The translations under genes and the position numbers were made by a program. Below, one piece after another: positions 16,885 to 25,027 of a DNA stretch of 64,000 nt. Below the pieces are notes generated by a model. It did not search any database, had not been told where the DNA came from, and saw only the letters and a program-made list of their open reading frames with translations. The DNA is from Candidatus Dormiibacterota bacterium (GTDB taxonomy: Bacteria > Chloroflexota > Dormibacteria > Aeolococcales > Aeolococcaceae): NCBI GenBank assembly GCA_963756075.1, contig CAVWMH010000003.1, positions 21,306-85,305 of the forward strand, read 5' to 3'. Each line of letters opens with the position of its first letter. The first letter of the stretch is position 1.

Positions 16885-17604
16885 ATGGCATCCGGATCCC
16901 CGCTCGCAACCGGCCTCGAGCGCGCCAGTCTGGAGGGCGCGGGGCTCGTCGTGGTGCTCGGCCTGAACCCGAAGTCGCTCTCCATTCGGAGAAACACGCA
17001 GTGGCAGGCACCGGCAAACCGAAGCCCCAGCGCGGCACAGCCCGCGAGCGCGCTATCGAGCCTGTCCGGCGCCGTCCCCGTCGGCCACGGTCAGTTGCAG
17101 TACACGCGCTCTCAGCCGGCGGTGCTCTCCATGGTGGTCTGGTTCGATCGATCGTTCGATGCCGACGGCAGCATCGACTACGAGATCAACCAGCTCCAGA
17201 ACTGGACGTGCCCCACGGAGCGAATCATCACCGGCGTGTACAGCCCGCCACGAATCACGTTCATCTGGCGCAGCCTGCACTTTATCGGCGTCATCTCCTC
17301 GCTGAACATCAACTACAAGCAGTTCGGGGTCGATGGCCTGCCGGTGCGCGCTGAAGCCACCATCTCGATCACGGAAAACCCGCCCCCGATCTCCGGCACC
17401 AACCCGACCTCTGGCGGAATCTCCGGTCGGCGCGTCCACACGTTTTCCGCAGGGGACACGCTCCATTCCGTCGCGTATGCCGAGTACGGGAACCCGGGTT
17501 TCTGGCGGGTGCTCGCCGAGGCGAACGGCGTCGACGATCCGCTCCGGATCGCCGCTGGAACCGCCCTGCTCATCCCGCCAGATCCACACTCGGTTGGTCC
17601 GTGA
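16885..17604 (+). CDS. LysM-domain tube-initiator/baseplate hub protein (Afp7-like)
   Basis: The N-terminal part is tube-like. The C-terminal LysM reads HTFSAGDTLHSVAYAEYGNPGFWRVLAEANGVDDPLRIAAGTALLIP. It sits immediately upstream of VgrG. Confidence 0.85.
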   Translation: MASGSPLATGLERASLEGAGLVVVLGLNPKSLSIRRNTQWQAPANRSPSAAQPASALSSLSGAVPVGHGQLQYTRSQPAVLSMVVWFDRSFDADGSIDYEINQLQNWTCPTERIITGVYSPPRITFIWRSLHFIGVISSLNINYKQFGVDGLPVRAEATISITENPPPISGTNPTSGGISGRRVHTFSAGDTLHSVAYAEYGNPGFWRVLAEANGVDDPLRIAAGTALLIPPDPHSVGP

Positions 17605-19340
17605 TGACGGCCGATGCGCTCACGAGCTGGCCGGGTGTCGAGATCGACGGCAGTCCCCTTTCGGACGACCTCCGTATCGGGCTGACCGGCGTGGTCGTCG
17701 ATAACGACATCCACCTTCCGGACATGTTCACGATGATCTTCGATGACCCGCAGCACGATCTCATCACGGAGGCGAGCGTGCGCGTCGGCTCGGCGGTGAC
17801 CATCAAAGCCTCGAGCGTTGGTTCCACGGACAGCGATGTGCTCATCGGCGGCGAGGTCACGGCGCTGGAGGCGAGCTACGAGAGTGGCTGGGACCGCACC
17901 ATCGTTCGTGGCTATGACAAGTCGCACCGGCTGCATCGTGGCCGGCGGACCGAGACCTATCAGAACGTCAAGGTGTCAGATGTCGCACAAACAGTCGCGA
18001 GCCGCGCCGGGCTGGACATCGGCACGATCGACGACACCGGCTCGGTGCTGCCCTTCATCTCGCAGGTGAACATCACCGACTGGGAGTTTCTGCAGGCGCG
18101 CGCGCGCGAGCTTGGATTCGAGGTTGGCGTGGTTGCCGGACAGTTCTACTTCCGCAAGCCGGCCAAGTCGAGCACCGGACCCGCGCCCGGCGACTCGGAC
18201 TCCCAAGGCGCCGAGCAACTCGTCTACGGACGCGACCTGGTGAGCTTTCGTCCGCGGATCAGCTCGTCGGCCCAGGTGACGCAAGTGAGCGTCCGTGCCT
18301 GGGATCCCGACAACAAGGTCGTGCTGGTGGGGTCCGCCGACCCGGTGGCGTCGCATGCCGACCTGACGGATGATCCTGCCAGTCTCGCCCAGAACTTCGG
18401 CTCGCCGGAGTACGTGGTGCACAATCGCCCGCTGGCGTCGCAGTCTGATGTCGACGACACCGCCAAGGCTGTGGCCGAGCATCTCGGCAGCTCGTTTGCC
18501 GAGGCCGAGGGCGTGGCCGTGGGCAACACGAAGTTGCTCGCCGGGACAGCGGTGAGCATCGCCCAGGTGGCGGATGCCTTCCAGGGAAAGTACACGCTGA
18601 GCCGGACGCGTCACGTCTTCGACGATGAAGGGTACCGGACCGAATTCGAGATCAGTGGCATGCAGGATCGGTCGACGCTCGGGCTCATGTCCCTCGGGGC
18701 CACCAACGGCGCCGCGGCGGGTGGTGCTCCACCGGTGCCTGGGGTCTTCATCGGGCAAGTCACCAACAATGATGACCCCCAGCACCTCGGCAGGCTCAAG
18801 CTCAAATTCCCGTGGCTCTCGGACGCGTATGAGAGCGACTGGGCGCGCGTCGCCGTGGTTGGCGCCGGACCCAACAGTGGCGTCGTGTTCCTGCCGGAGG
18901 TCGACGACGAGGTGCTCTGTGCCTGCGAGTTCGGTGATCTCCGCCGCGTCTTCGTGCTGAGCCCGCTGCACAACGGCAAGGACAAGCCCAGTCTTGGCGA
19001 CGGACTCGTCGACGCGGGCAAGGTCAAGCGTCGCGGGATGGTATCGCGCAAAGGGCACCGGGTGGTGTTTCTCGATGACGACTCCAAGTCGGGTATCGCA
19101 CTCATCAGCAGCGACGGCAACCTCAAGGTGTCGATGAACGAGACGAGCAGCGAGATCACGATTCACTGCAAGGGCAAGGTCACGCTCGAGACCGACAGCG
19201 ACGACATCTCGATCAAGAGCGGTGCCGACGTGACCATCCAGGCGCAGGGCAACGTCAAGGTCTCCGGCTCGAGCGGGGTCAAGGTGGACGGTGGCGGTGG
19301 TGTCGTGGAAATGGCCGGCTCACTCATCAAGCTGAACTGA
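17601..19340 (+). CDS. VgrG-like spike/hub protein (phage gpD + gp5-OB, Afp8-like)
   Basis: The start overlaps the LysM gene stop (GTGATG). The gpD-like N-terminal half includes DWEFLQARARELGFEV. The OB/spike block reads GQVTNNDDPQHLGRLKLKFPWLSDAYESDWARVAVVGAGPNSGVVFLPEVDDEVL. The C-terminus has beta-helix repeats. Confidence 0.9.
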   Translation: MMTADALTSWPGVEIDGSPLSDDLRIGLTGVVVDNDIHLPDMFTMIFDDPQHDLITEASVRVGSAVTIKASSVGSTDSDVLIGGEVTALEASYESGWDRTIVRGYDKSHRLHRGRRTETYQNVKVSDVAQTVASRAGLDIGTIDDTGSVLPFISQVNITDWEFLQARARELGFEVGVVAGQFYFRKPAKSSTGPAPGDSDSQGAEQLVYGRDLVSFRPRISSSAQVTQVSVRAWDPDNKVVLVGSADPVASHADLTDDPASLAQNFGSPEYVVHNRPLASQSDVDDTAKAVAEHLGSSFAEAEGVAVGNTKLLAGTAVSIAQVADAFQGKYTLSRTRHVFDDEGYRTEFEISGMQDRSTLGLMSLGATNGAAAGGAPPVPGVFIGQVTNNDDPQHLGRLKLKFPWLSDAYESDWARVAVVGAGPNSGVVFLPEVDDEVLCACEFGDLRRVFVLSPLHNGKDKPSLGDGLVDAGKVKRRGMVSRKGHRVVFLDDDSKSGIALISSDGNLKVSMNETSSEITIHCKGKVTLETDSDDISIKSGADVTIQAQGNVKVSGSSGVKVDGGGGVVEMAGSLIKLN

Positions 19341-19341
19341 G

Positions 19342-19728
19342 ATGGGAACACCGGCGATCGTCATGGGAGATCAGATCATGGGGACGTGCCCGATCCACAT
19401 CATCCCCAACCCCGCGACGGGCGTTCCGCAGCCGTCGCCACCTCTTCCGTTCAGCGCGCCGGTCACGGTGGGCGTCTGTCCCACCGTGCTGATCGCGGGC
19501 AAAGCGGCGGCGGTGGTGGGCTGCACGGGGTTCAACACTCCGCCGCACGTCGGACTCTTCCCTGCTGACCCGTACATGGTGCCGATCATGCAGGTCGGGA
19601 CGATCGTCAGCGGCAGTACGACGGTGCTGATCGGCGGCCAGCCCGCAGCGACCGCCTCGTCGTCGTGCACCTGCTGCGCGACGCCCGGCACGATCACTCC
19701 CACAGTTACCAGCGTGCTCATCGGGTGA
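19342..19728 (+). CDS. PAAR-like spike-tip protein (Afp10-like)
   Basis: A 128-aa protein with repeated short beta-strand blocks ending VLIAG / VLIGG / VLIG and conserved Cys/His positions. It follows VgrG directly, starting 2 nt after the VgrG stop. Confidence 0.75.
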   Translation: MGTPAIVMGDQIMGTCPIHIIPNPATGVPQPSPPLPFSAPVTVGVCPTVLIAGKAAAVVGCTGFNTPPHVGLFPADPYMVPIMQVGTIVSGSTTVLIGGQPAATASSSCTCCATPGTITPTVTSVLIG

Positions 19729-19732
19729 AGTT

Positions 19733-20143
19733 ATGGCTAAAAGTGACGATTTCATAGGGTCCGGCTGGGGCTTCCCGCTGCGCACTGACACAACCGGCGG
19801 CATCGCGCTGGTCTCGAGGGAGCGAGAGCTTGAGGAGGCGATGCGCCTCATCCTCGCCACCGCACCAGGCGAGCGGCCGATGCGCCCCGAGTTCGGGTGC
19901 GGCGTGCATGACTACGTGTTCGCCGGCACCGATGCGACCTCGGCGCGCGCCATCGCGTTCGAGGTCCGCAACTCGCTGCTGCGCTGGGAACCGCGGGTGA
20001 TCATCGAGGACGTCGACGTGGTCCCTGACGACGATGACGCTGCGCTGCTCTACATCAACGTTCACTACCGGCCGAAGGCGACCAACGACCCGCGCAACCT
20101 GGTCTTTCCCTTCTACACGATTCCAAGTGAGGGCGAGGCATGA
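19733..20143 (+). CDS. GPW/gp25 baseplate wedge protein (Afp9-like)
   Basis: GSGWGFPLRTDTTGGIALVSRERELEEAMRLILATAPGERPMRPEFGCGVHDYVF...LLRWEPRV is the classic gp25 pattern. Confidence 0.9.
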   Translation: MAKSDDFIGSGWGFPLRTDTTGGIALVSRERELEEAMRLILATAPGERPMRPEFGCGVHDYVFAGTDATSARAIAFEVRNSLLRWEPRVIIEDVDVVPDDDDAALLYINVHYRPKATNDPRNLVFPFYTIPSEGEA

Positions 20144-22090
20144 CCCTTCCCGTCCCCAACCTCGACGACCGGCGTTTCCAGGACCTCGTCGACGAGGCAA
20201 AGAGGATGGTCCAGCAGCGGTGTCCCGAGTGGACCGACCACAACGTCTCCGACCCCGGTGTCACGCTCATCGAGACGTTCGCGTGGATGACCGATCAGCT
20301 CATCTACCGTCTCAATCGGGTCCCGGACCGCCTGTACGTCAAGTTCCTCGAGCTCATCGATGTCCGGCTGTTCCCGCCCACGCCGGCGCGAACGCCTCTC
20401 ACGTTCTGGCTCGCCGCGCCGACCGAGCTCGCGCAGCGCATCCCGGTGAACACCAAGGCCGCGACCATCCGGACCGAGACCGAAAAGGCGATCGTGTTCT
20501 CGACGGTCGATGACCTCGACCTGGTGCCGTGCTCGCTCGCCTCCGTTGCCACTCAGGCAGCGGCATCTGATGAGCGTGTCGACCGGACCGAAGGACTGCA
20601 ACGTGGGGCGAGGTTCGCCGCATTCGGGACGGTACCCCGGCCCGACGATTCGCTGGTCATCGGCCTCAGCGACGCCGTTCCGCGCTGCGCCATACGCCTG
20701 CGCATGCACTGCACCATCGAGGGCGTCGGCGTGGATCCCAAGGATCCCCCGCTGGTCTGGGAAGCCTGGGACGGTGAGATCTGGCACCCGTGTGACGTCG
20801 AGGCGGACGACACCGGCGGCCTCAACCGCGACGGCGATGTGGTTTTGCACGTCGGCCGGGAACACGCCGCCGCGCTGCTCGACGGCCGGCGTGGTGGCTG
20901 GCTCCGCGCTCGCGTTGTGGCCGCGGTGGTCGGTCAGTCCTCGTACACTGCATCCCCGCAGATCCACGCGATCGAAGCAGCCACCATCGGCGGAACCGTC
21001 GACGGGGTCAACGCCGAGATAGTGACCGACGAGGTGCTCGGCATCTCCGACGGGACGTCCGGCCAGCGATTCCCGGTGCGTCACGCACCGGTGCTCGCAG
21101 GTGTCGGTGAGCCGGTCCTCGAGTGCAGCGGTGACGACGGATGGGAGGCCTGGGCCGAGGTGCAGGACTTCGGGTCATCCGGTGCTCACGACGCGGTGTT
21201 CGTGCTTGACGCTGCCGCCGGCGAGGTCCAACTCGGCCCTGCGGTCCGCCAGCCGGACGGATCGATCCGGAGTTACGGAAGGGTCCCTGCGAAAGGGGTA
21301 GCAGCTCCGGATTCGTTCCTACGCGACCGGTGGCGGGCGTGGCGGCAACGTCAGTCGCGGTGCGATTTCCGTGATGAAATCCTCCATCCCTTACGTGGCG
21401 CGCGTCGAGAACCGGCAGGCAGCCCGGGGCGGTGTCGACGGCGAGGAGCTCGAGAACGCGAAGCAGCGCGGACCGATCCTGCTGCGCACGCGGGCGCGCG
21501 CTGTCACCGTCGAGGACTTTGAGCAGCTCTCACGCGAGGCCGCTCCCGAGGTGGCACGGGTTCGCTGTCTCCCGGCCGGCGAGGGCCTGGAGGCCGGGTC
21601 GGTGCGAATCCTGGTGGTCCCCGCGGCTGCGGAGGACCGGGGTCGCCTCCGATTCGAGCAGCTCATCCCGGGCGAGGAGACCCTGCTCGCGATAGCGTCG
21701 CGCCTGGAGGAATCCCGGCTGGTGGGCACCCGCGTGCTCGTCGAGCCGCCTTTGTACCAGGGGGTCACGATCGTTGCCCGTCTGCGGTCGCGGCCGCGGG
21801 CCAGTGTGGGCCGGGTCGAAGCGGCTGCGCTCGACGCGCTGTTCCGTCACCTCAATCCCGTCAGTGGCGGCCCCGACGGCCACGGGTGGCCGTTCGGCAG
21901 ACCGGTGCAGGCCGGCGAGATCTTCTCGATCCTTCAGGCGGTTCCTGACGTTGAGCTGGTGCAGGACGTGCGCATCTTCGGCGCCGACCCCACCACCGGA
22001 GCGCGCGGTCAGGCGACCCAGCGCCTTGACGTGGCGCCCAACTCGCTGGTGTTCTCCTACGAGCACCAGGTTCGAGTCGAGTCCGCATGA
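20140..22090 (+). CDS. baseplate J / gp6-like protein (Afp11-like), interrupted by an apparent 1-nt insertion at about 21302-21315
   Basis: The N-part is ORF 20140-21522 (LPVPNLDDRRFQDLVDEAKRMVQQRCPEWTDHNVSDPGVTLIETFAWMTDQLIYRLNRVPDR). Its homology stops at ..RVPAKGVAA and resumes in the +1 frame as (R)IRSYATGGGRGGNVSRGAISVMKSSIPYVARVENRQAARGGVDGEELENAK. That frame is open from 21302, after TAG 21299-21301, to 22090. Confidence 0.85.
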
Positions 22091-22638
22091 GCGCGATGCG
22101 AGCGCTCGTGCCGGGCCTGCCGACCCCGCACCCGCTGGGGACGTTCCTCCCCGCGCTCTACCAGGAGGACCGTTTTGCCCAGGCGCTCACGAGCGGTCTC
22201 GACGAGGTGCTGAGCCCGCTGATCGCATCACTCGACAATCTCGCCGCCTACCACGACCCCGACGTGACACCCGACGACTTCCTCGCCTGGCTCGGAAGCT
22301 GGGTTGGCATGGAACTCGACGACGACTGGCCTGAAGAGCGCCGCCGCGCGCTGGTCACGCGCGCCGTGGAGATCTACCGGGTGCGCGGCACCGCTGACGG
22401 CCTGCGAGCGCATATCGAGCTTGCCACCGGGGGCCGCGTCGAGATCGTGGAGTCCGGTGGCGTTGCCTGGTCGAGGGAGGCCGGAGCAGATCTGCCCGGA
22501 CAGCCCGAGCCGCGTATGACAATACGCGTCTATGTGGATGACGCTACCGCTATCGATACGCGCGCGCTCGACCGATTGGTCAACGCATCGAAGCCCGCGC
22601 ACGTGATCCACGCATTGGAGCTAGCGACGGGAGGTTGA
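22087..22638 (+). CDS. P2 gpI-like baseplate/tail protein (Afp12-like)
   Basis: ATGA overlap with the J gene. LPALYQEDRFAQALTSGLDEVLSPL...FLAWLGSWVGMELDDDWPEERRRALVTRAVEIYRVRGTADGL follows the phage tail protein I-type pattern. Confidence 0.85.
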   Translation: MSAMRALVPGLPTPHPLGTFLPALYQEDRFAQALTSGLDEVLSPLIASLDNLAAYHDPDVTPDDFLAWLGSWVGMELDDDWPEERRRALVTRAVEIYRVRGTADGLRAHIELATGGRVEIVESGGVAWSREAGADLPGQPEPRMTIRVYVDDATAIDTRALDRLVNASKPAHVIHALELATGG

Positions 22639-22648
22639 GCGACGATCG

Positions 22649-24283
22649 ATGATCGTCTGCAAGAAGTGCGGCTTCAACAATTCTGATGCCGACGCGTTCT
22701 GCGGCTCGTGCGGTGCGTTTCTGGAGTGGACGGGTGAGAAGGTCACCCCTCCGGCAACCCCAGCGCCGTCGCCTGTAGCTTCCGAACCCGCCGAACCTGC
22801 GGAGCCGGCGCGACGCGGTGGATTCATGGCGCTTGTCCAGCAGGTGACCGCGATCGGTGTGCCAAAGAAGGAGGCCATCGCTCCGCCCGGGAGCGCCACC
22901 GGTGGGTCGATGCCCCCGACTGGGATGGCGCCCCGGCCGGCGATGCCGGCGGGCTCGGCACCGCTCGGGGCACCGGGGCCGAGGCCGATCGGTCCCGCCA
23001 GTGCACCCGGAAGCCCTGTGTTCAGCGCGCAGCCGGGGTCAACGCCAACTCCGAGCCCTCCTCGGAGCGCGCCGCCCAGCTCGCCGCCGCCATCCGGTCC
23101 GCCTCGGAGTGCACCGCCGAGCGGACCACCGACGAGCCCGCCGCTGTCATCGGCGCCGCGGAGCGCTCCTCCGTCCGGGCCACCGCCGGGCGTGACCCCG
23201 ATGAGTGGGCCGCCCACGAGCCCGCCGCCATCTGGCGTGCCGCGAAGCGCACCACCTGTCGGACCGCCGCCTGGGGCTTCGTCGCCTGCGCCGGTGGCAC
23301 CAAGCCTGCCCAAACCGACACTTCCGCCGCCAACGCTCCCGGCTCCGACCGCCCCACCCGTCCTGATCCGAGTCACCCCGGAGGTGCAGCCGGCCACGAG
23401 CCCATCGGCGTCGCCATCGCAAACCCCATCAGGCGCACCCGCGACACCCGCGGAGCCGAGCGGCGTTCAGCCGGTGGCGGTGAGGACCCGGGTCGCGCCG
23501 AAGCCAACGGTCGCGCCGCCGAGCAAGGAACTGAGTGCCGGCGACCTGATCTGCGGTCAGTGTGGCGAGGGGAACGAGCCGGTCAGGAAGTTCTGCCGCC
23601 GCTGCGGCAATTCGCTCGCCACCGCAGAGGTTGCGACAACGTCGCGGTCGCGGAGATTTCTTCCCCAGCGCAAGGCGAAGGTCCTCGCTGCCGGTGAGCG
23701 TCCGGAACACGGCAAGTTCAGCTTCGGCACCGTCGTTCGGGTCGGTAGCTACGTGATCCTGGCGGTGGTGCTCATCGGCGGCATCGCCTATGGAGCGCTG
23801 CCCCAGGTTCGGGACGCGATCAACAGCCGCATGAGCGGCGCCGTCAACGCCGTGACCGGCAGCACGCCTCGTCCGAAACCGGTTGCGGCAGCGTCGGTGA
23901 CGGCCAGCTCAGCGATCGCCGGGCATCCAGCAGCCCGAGCGATCGATCCGTACATCAACACGTACTGGGCGGCGTTATTGAGCACGGACGCTCACCCAAA
24001 ACTCACGGTGACGTTCGCTCATGCCCAGAACGTCAGCGTGATGCTGTTCATCTCAGGCAACACGGCCGCGGAGGCCTCCGAGCCGCGACCGAAGACGCTG
24101 CACATTGTTTTCTCGAACGGCAAGTCGCAGGACATCACACTCGTCGACAGCGCAAAGACGCAGCAGTTCAGCATCAATGGAGCGGAGGGCATCACCGGCA
24201 TGACGATCCAGATCATGTCGGTCTACAGCTCGACGAGCGGTAACGCGGTCGCGCTGGGCGACGTGGAATTCTTCGGATCGTAG
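22649..24283 (+). CDS. double zinc-ribbon, Pro-rich, single-pass membrane protein with C-terminal discoidin/galactose-binding-like domain
   Basis: It starts 10 nt after the gpI-like stop. The parts in order are: zinc ribbon CKKCGFNNSDADAFCGSCG; about 250 aa of P/S/A-rich sequence with degenerate SAPPSGPP units; zinc ribbon CGQCGEGNEPVRKFCRRCG; a TM helix VGSYVILAVVLIGGIAYGAL; and a C-terminal domain reading AIDPYINTYWAA...PKTLHIVFSNGKSQDITLVD...AVALGDVEFFG. Confidence 0.8.
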   Translation: MIVCKKCGFNNSDADAFCGSCGAFLEWTGEKVTPPATPAPSPVASEPAEPAEPARRGGFMALVQQVTAIGVPKKEAIAPPGSATGGSMPPTGMAPRPAMPAGSAPLGAPGPRPIGPASAPGSPVFSAQPGSTPTPSPPRSAPPSSPPPSGPPRSAPPSGPPTSPPLSSAPRSAPPSGPPPGVTPMSGPPTSPPPSGVPRSAPPVGPPPGASSPAPVAPSLPKPTLPPPTLPAPTAPPVLIRVTPEVQPATSPSASPSQTPSGAPATPAEPSGVQPVAVRTRVAPKPTVAPPSKELSAGDLICGQCGEGNEPVRKFCRRCGNSLATAEVATTSRSRRFLPQRKAKVLAAGERPEHGKFSFGTVVRVGSYVILAVVLIGGIAYGALPQVRDAINSRMSGAVNAVTGSTPRPKPVAAASVTASSAIAGHPAARAIDPYINTYWAALLSTDAHPKLTVTFAHAQNVSVMLFISGNTAAEASEPRPKTLHIVFSNGKSQDITLVDSAKTQQFSINGAEGITGMTIQIMSVYSSTSGNAVALGDVEFFGS

Positions 24284-24327
24284 TGAGCTGACGACGCGCC
24301 TGGTGTCATGCCCGGCACGCCGTGCCG

Positions 24328-25020
24328 TCAGATGAATCCCTGGCGGAGCGCGTACGCGACAGCGTGAGTGCGATTTCGCAGATGCAGCCGGCTTGTGATG
24401 TCGTGCACGATGTGTTTCACGGTGCGCTCCGAGTAGAAGAGTCGCCGGCCGATTTCATCGGTGTCGAACCCGTCCGCCATCAGGCGGAGCACGCGCACCT
24501 CGCGTTCGGTGAACCCCGAGAAGCGCAGGCCGCGCGGTGTGAGCACATCGCGCTGCAGACGACCGACGTGGTCGAGGAGCTGACCGAGCAGGTCGGGCGA
24601 CATGGCGGCGGCGCCGCTCGACGCTGCTCGAACGGCGTCGACGATACGGTCCGGTGTCGCCTCGCTTCGCCGAAGCACGCTGGACGCCCCTGCCTCCACC
24701 GCGTTCAGCAGGTCACCGTCGCCGAGGCGCGTCACCACCAGGACGACACGGCTCTCGTCGCCGACGCGAGCGGCGCGTATGGCAGCAAGCGCGGCGTCGT
24801 CGACGTCATCGGCGAGGACAACGGTGACGCCGGCGGTGACGCCGGCGGAGACCTCGTTGTCGGCGTCGAGCACCTGCACCTCCGGACGATACGCGAGCTG
24901 GGCGGCCAATCCCGCGCGCGACATCGGATCCTGTGTCCTGATGGCGAGTGCCACGCGTTGAACGCTGGCGAGGGCGACCACGGCGCGAACGGTGGCACCT
25001 GCACGTTGACGGGCACTCAA
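24328..25020 (-). CDS. LuxR/NarL-family regulator with atypical receiver-like N-domain
   Basis: The C-terminal HTH reads FTEREVRVLRLMADGFDTDEIGRRLFYSERTVKHIVHDITSRLHLRNRTHAVAYALRQGFI. The N-domain is receiver-like but lacks the usual N-terminal DD pair (ALAIRTQDP). It starts 7 nt after the stop of the upstream STAND-SARP gene. Confidence 0.8.
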   Translation of the reverse strand: MSARQRAGATVRAVVALASVQRVALAIRTQDPMSRAGLAAQLAYRPEVQVLDADNEVSAGVTAGVTVVLADDVDDAALAAIRAARVGDESRVVLVVTRLGDGDLLNAVEAGASSVLRRSEATPDRIVDAVRAASSGAAAMSPDLLGQLLDHVGRLQRDVLTPRGLRFSGFTEREVRVLRLMADGFDTDEIGRRLFYSERTVKHIVHDITSRLHLRNRTHAVAYALRQGFI

Positions 25021-25027
25021 CGCCCAC

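Larger units (their letters stand above)
10903..24283. other. contractile injection system (CIS/eCIS, phage-tail-like) gene cluster
   Basis: A contiguous set of cap, sheath, tube x3, LysM initiator, VgrG, PAAR, gp25, baseplate J and gpI-like genes, with translational coupling between many neighbours. No head, DNA-packaging, lysis or integration genes are present. Confidence 0.9.

Noticed and set aside
17976-19166. A 396-aa minus-strand ORF inside the VgrG gene. Other long antisense ORFs of the same kind are 9726-10628(+), 15240-16004(-), 20113-21084(-), 26408-27550(+), 42414-43475(-), 50488-51636(-), 52146-53060(-) and 55799-56872(-).
   Set aside because: Each overlaps a gene with strong family signatures on the other strand. 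They have no motifs and a skewed Arg/Pro/Gly composition. I treat them as GC-driven open frames.
22621-23397. A 258-aa Gly-rich minus-strand ORF (G-G-P/L-x repeats) that could be mistaken for a collagen- or PE-PGRS-like protein.
   Set aside because: It is the exact antisense of the Pro-rich spacer of the zinc-ribbon membrane protein, since Pro codons CCN read as GGN on the opposite strand. The plus-strand gene has zinc-ribbon, TM and C-terminal domain support.
23000-23420. Short tandem-like repeats here, and at 29740-29860, considered as possible CRISPR or VNTR arrays.
   Set aside because: They are degenerate, in frame and code for P/S/T-rich low-complexity linkers inside well-supported ORFs. 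There is no repeat-spacer periodicity and there are no cas genes.
10903-24283. Alternative readings of the locus as a defective prophage tail, an R-type tailocin or a T6SS.
   Set aside because: There are no capsid, portal, terminase, integrase, lysis cassette or tail-fibre genes, so a prophage or tailocin is unlikely. There are no TssB/TssC pair, TssJLM, TssK or ClpV genes, so it is not a T6SS. The DUF4255 cap, DUF4157 and LysM-initiator genes are eCIS hallmarks.
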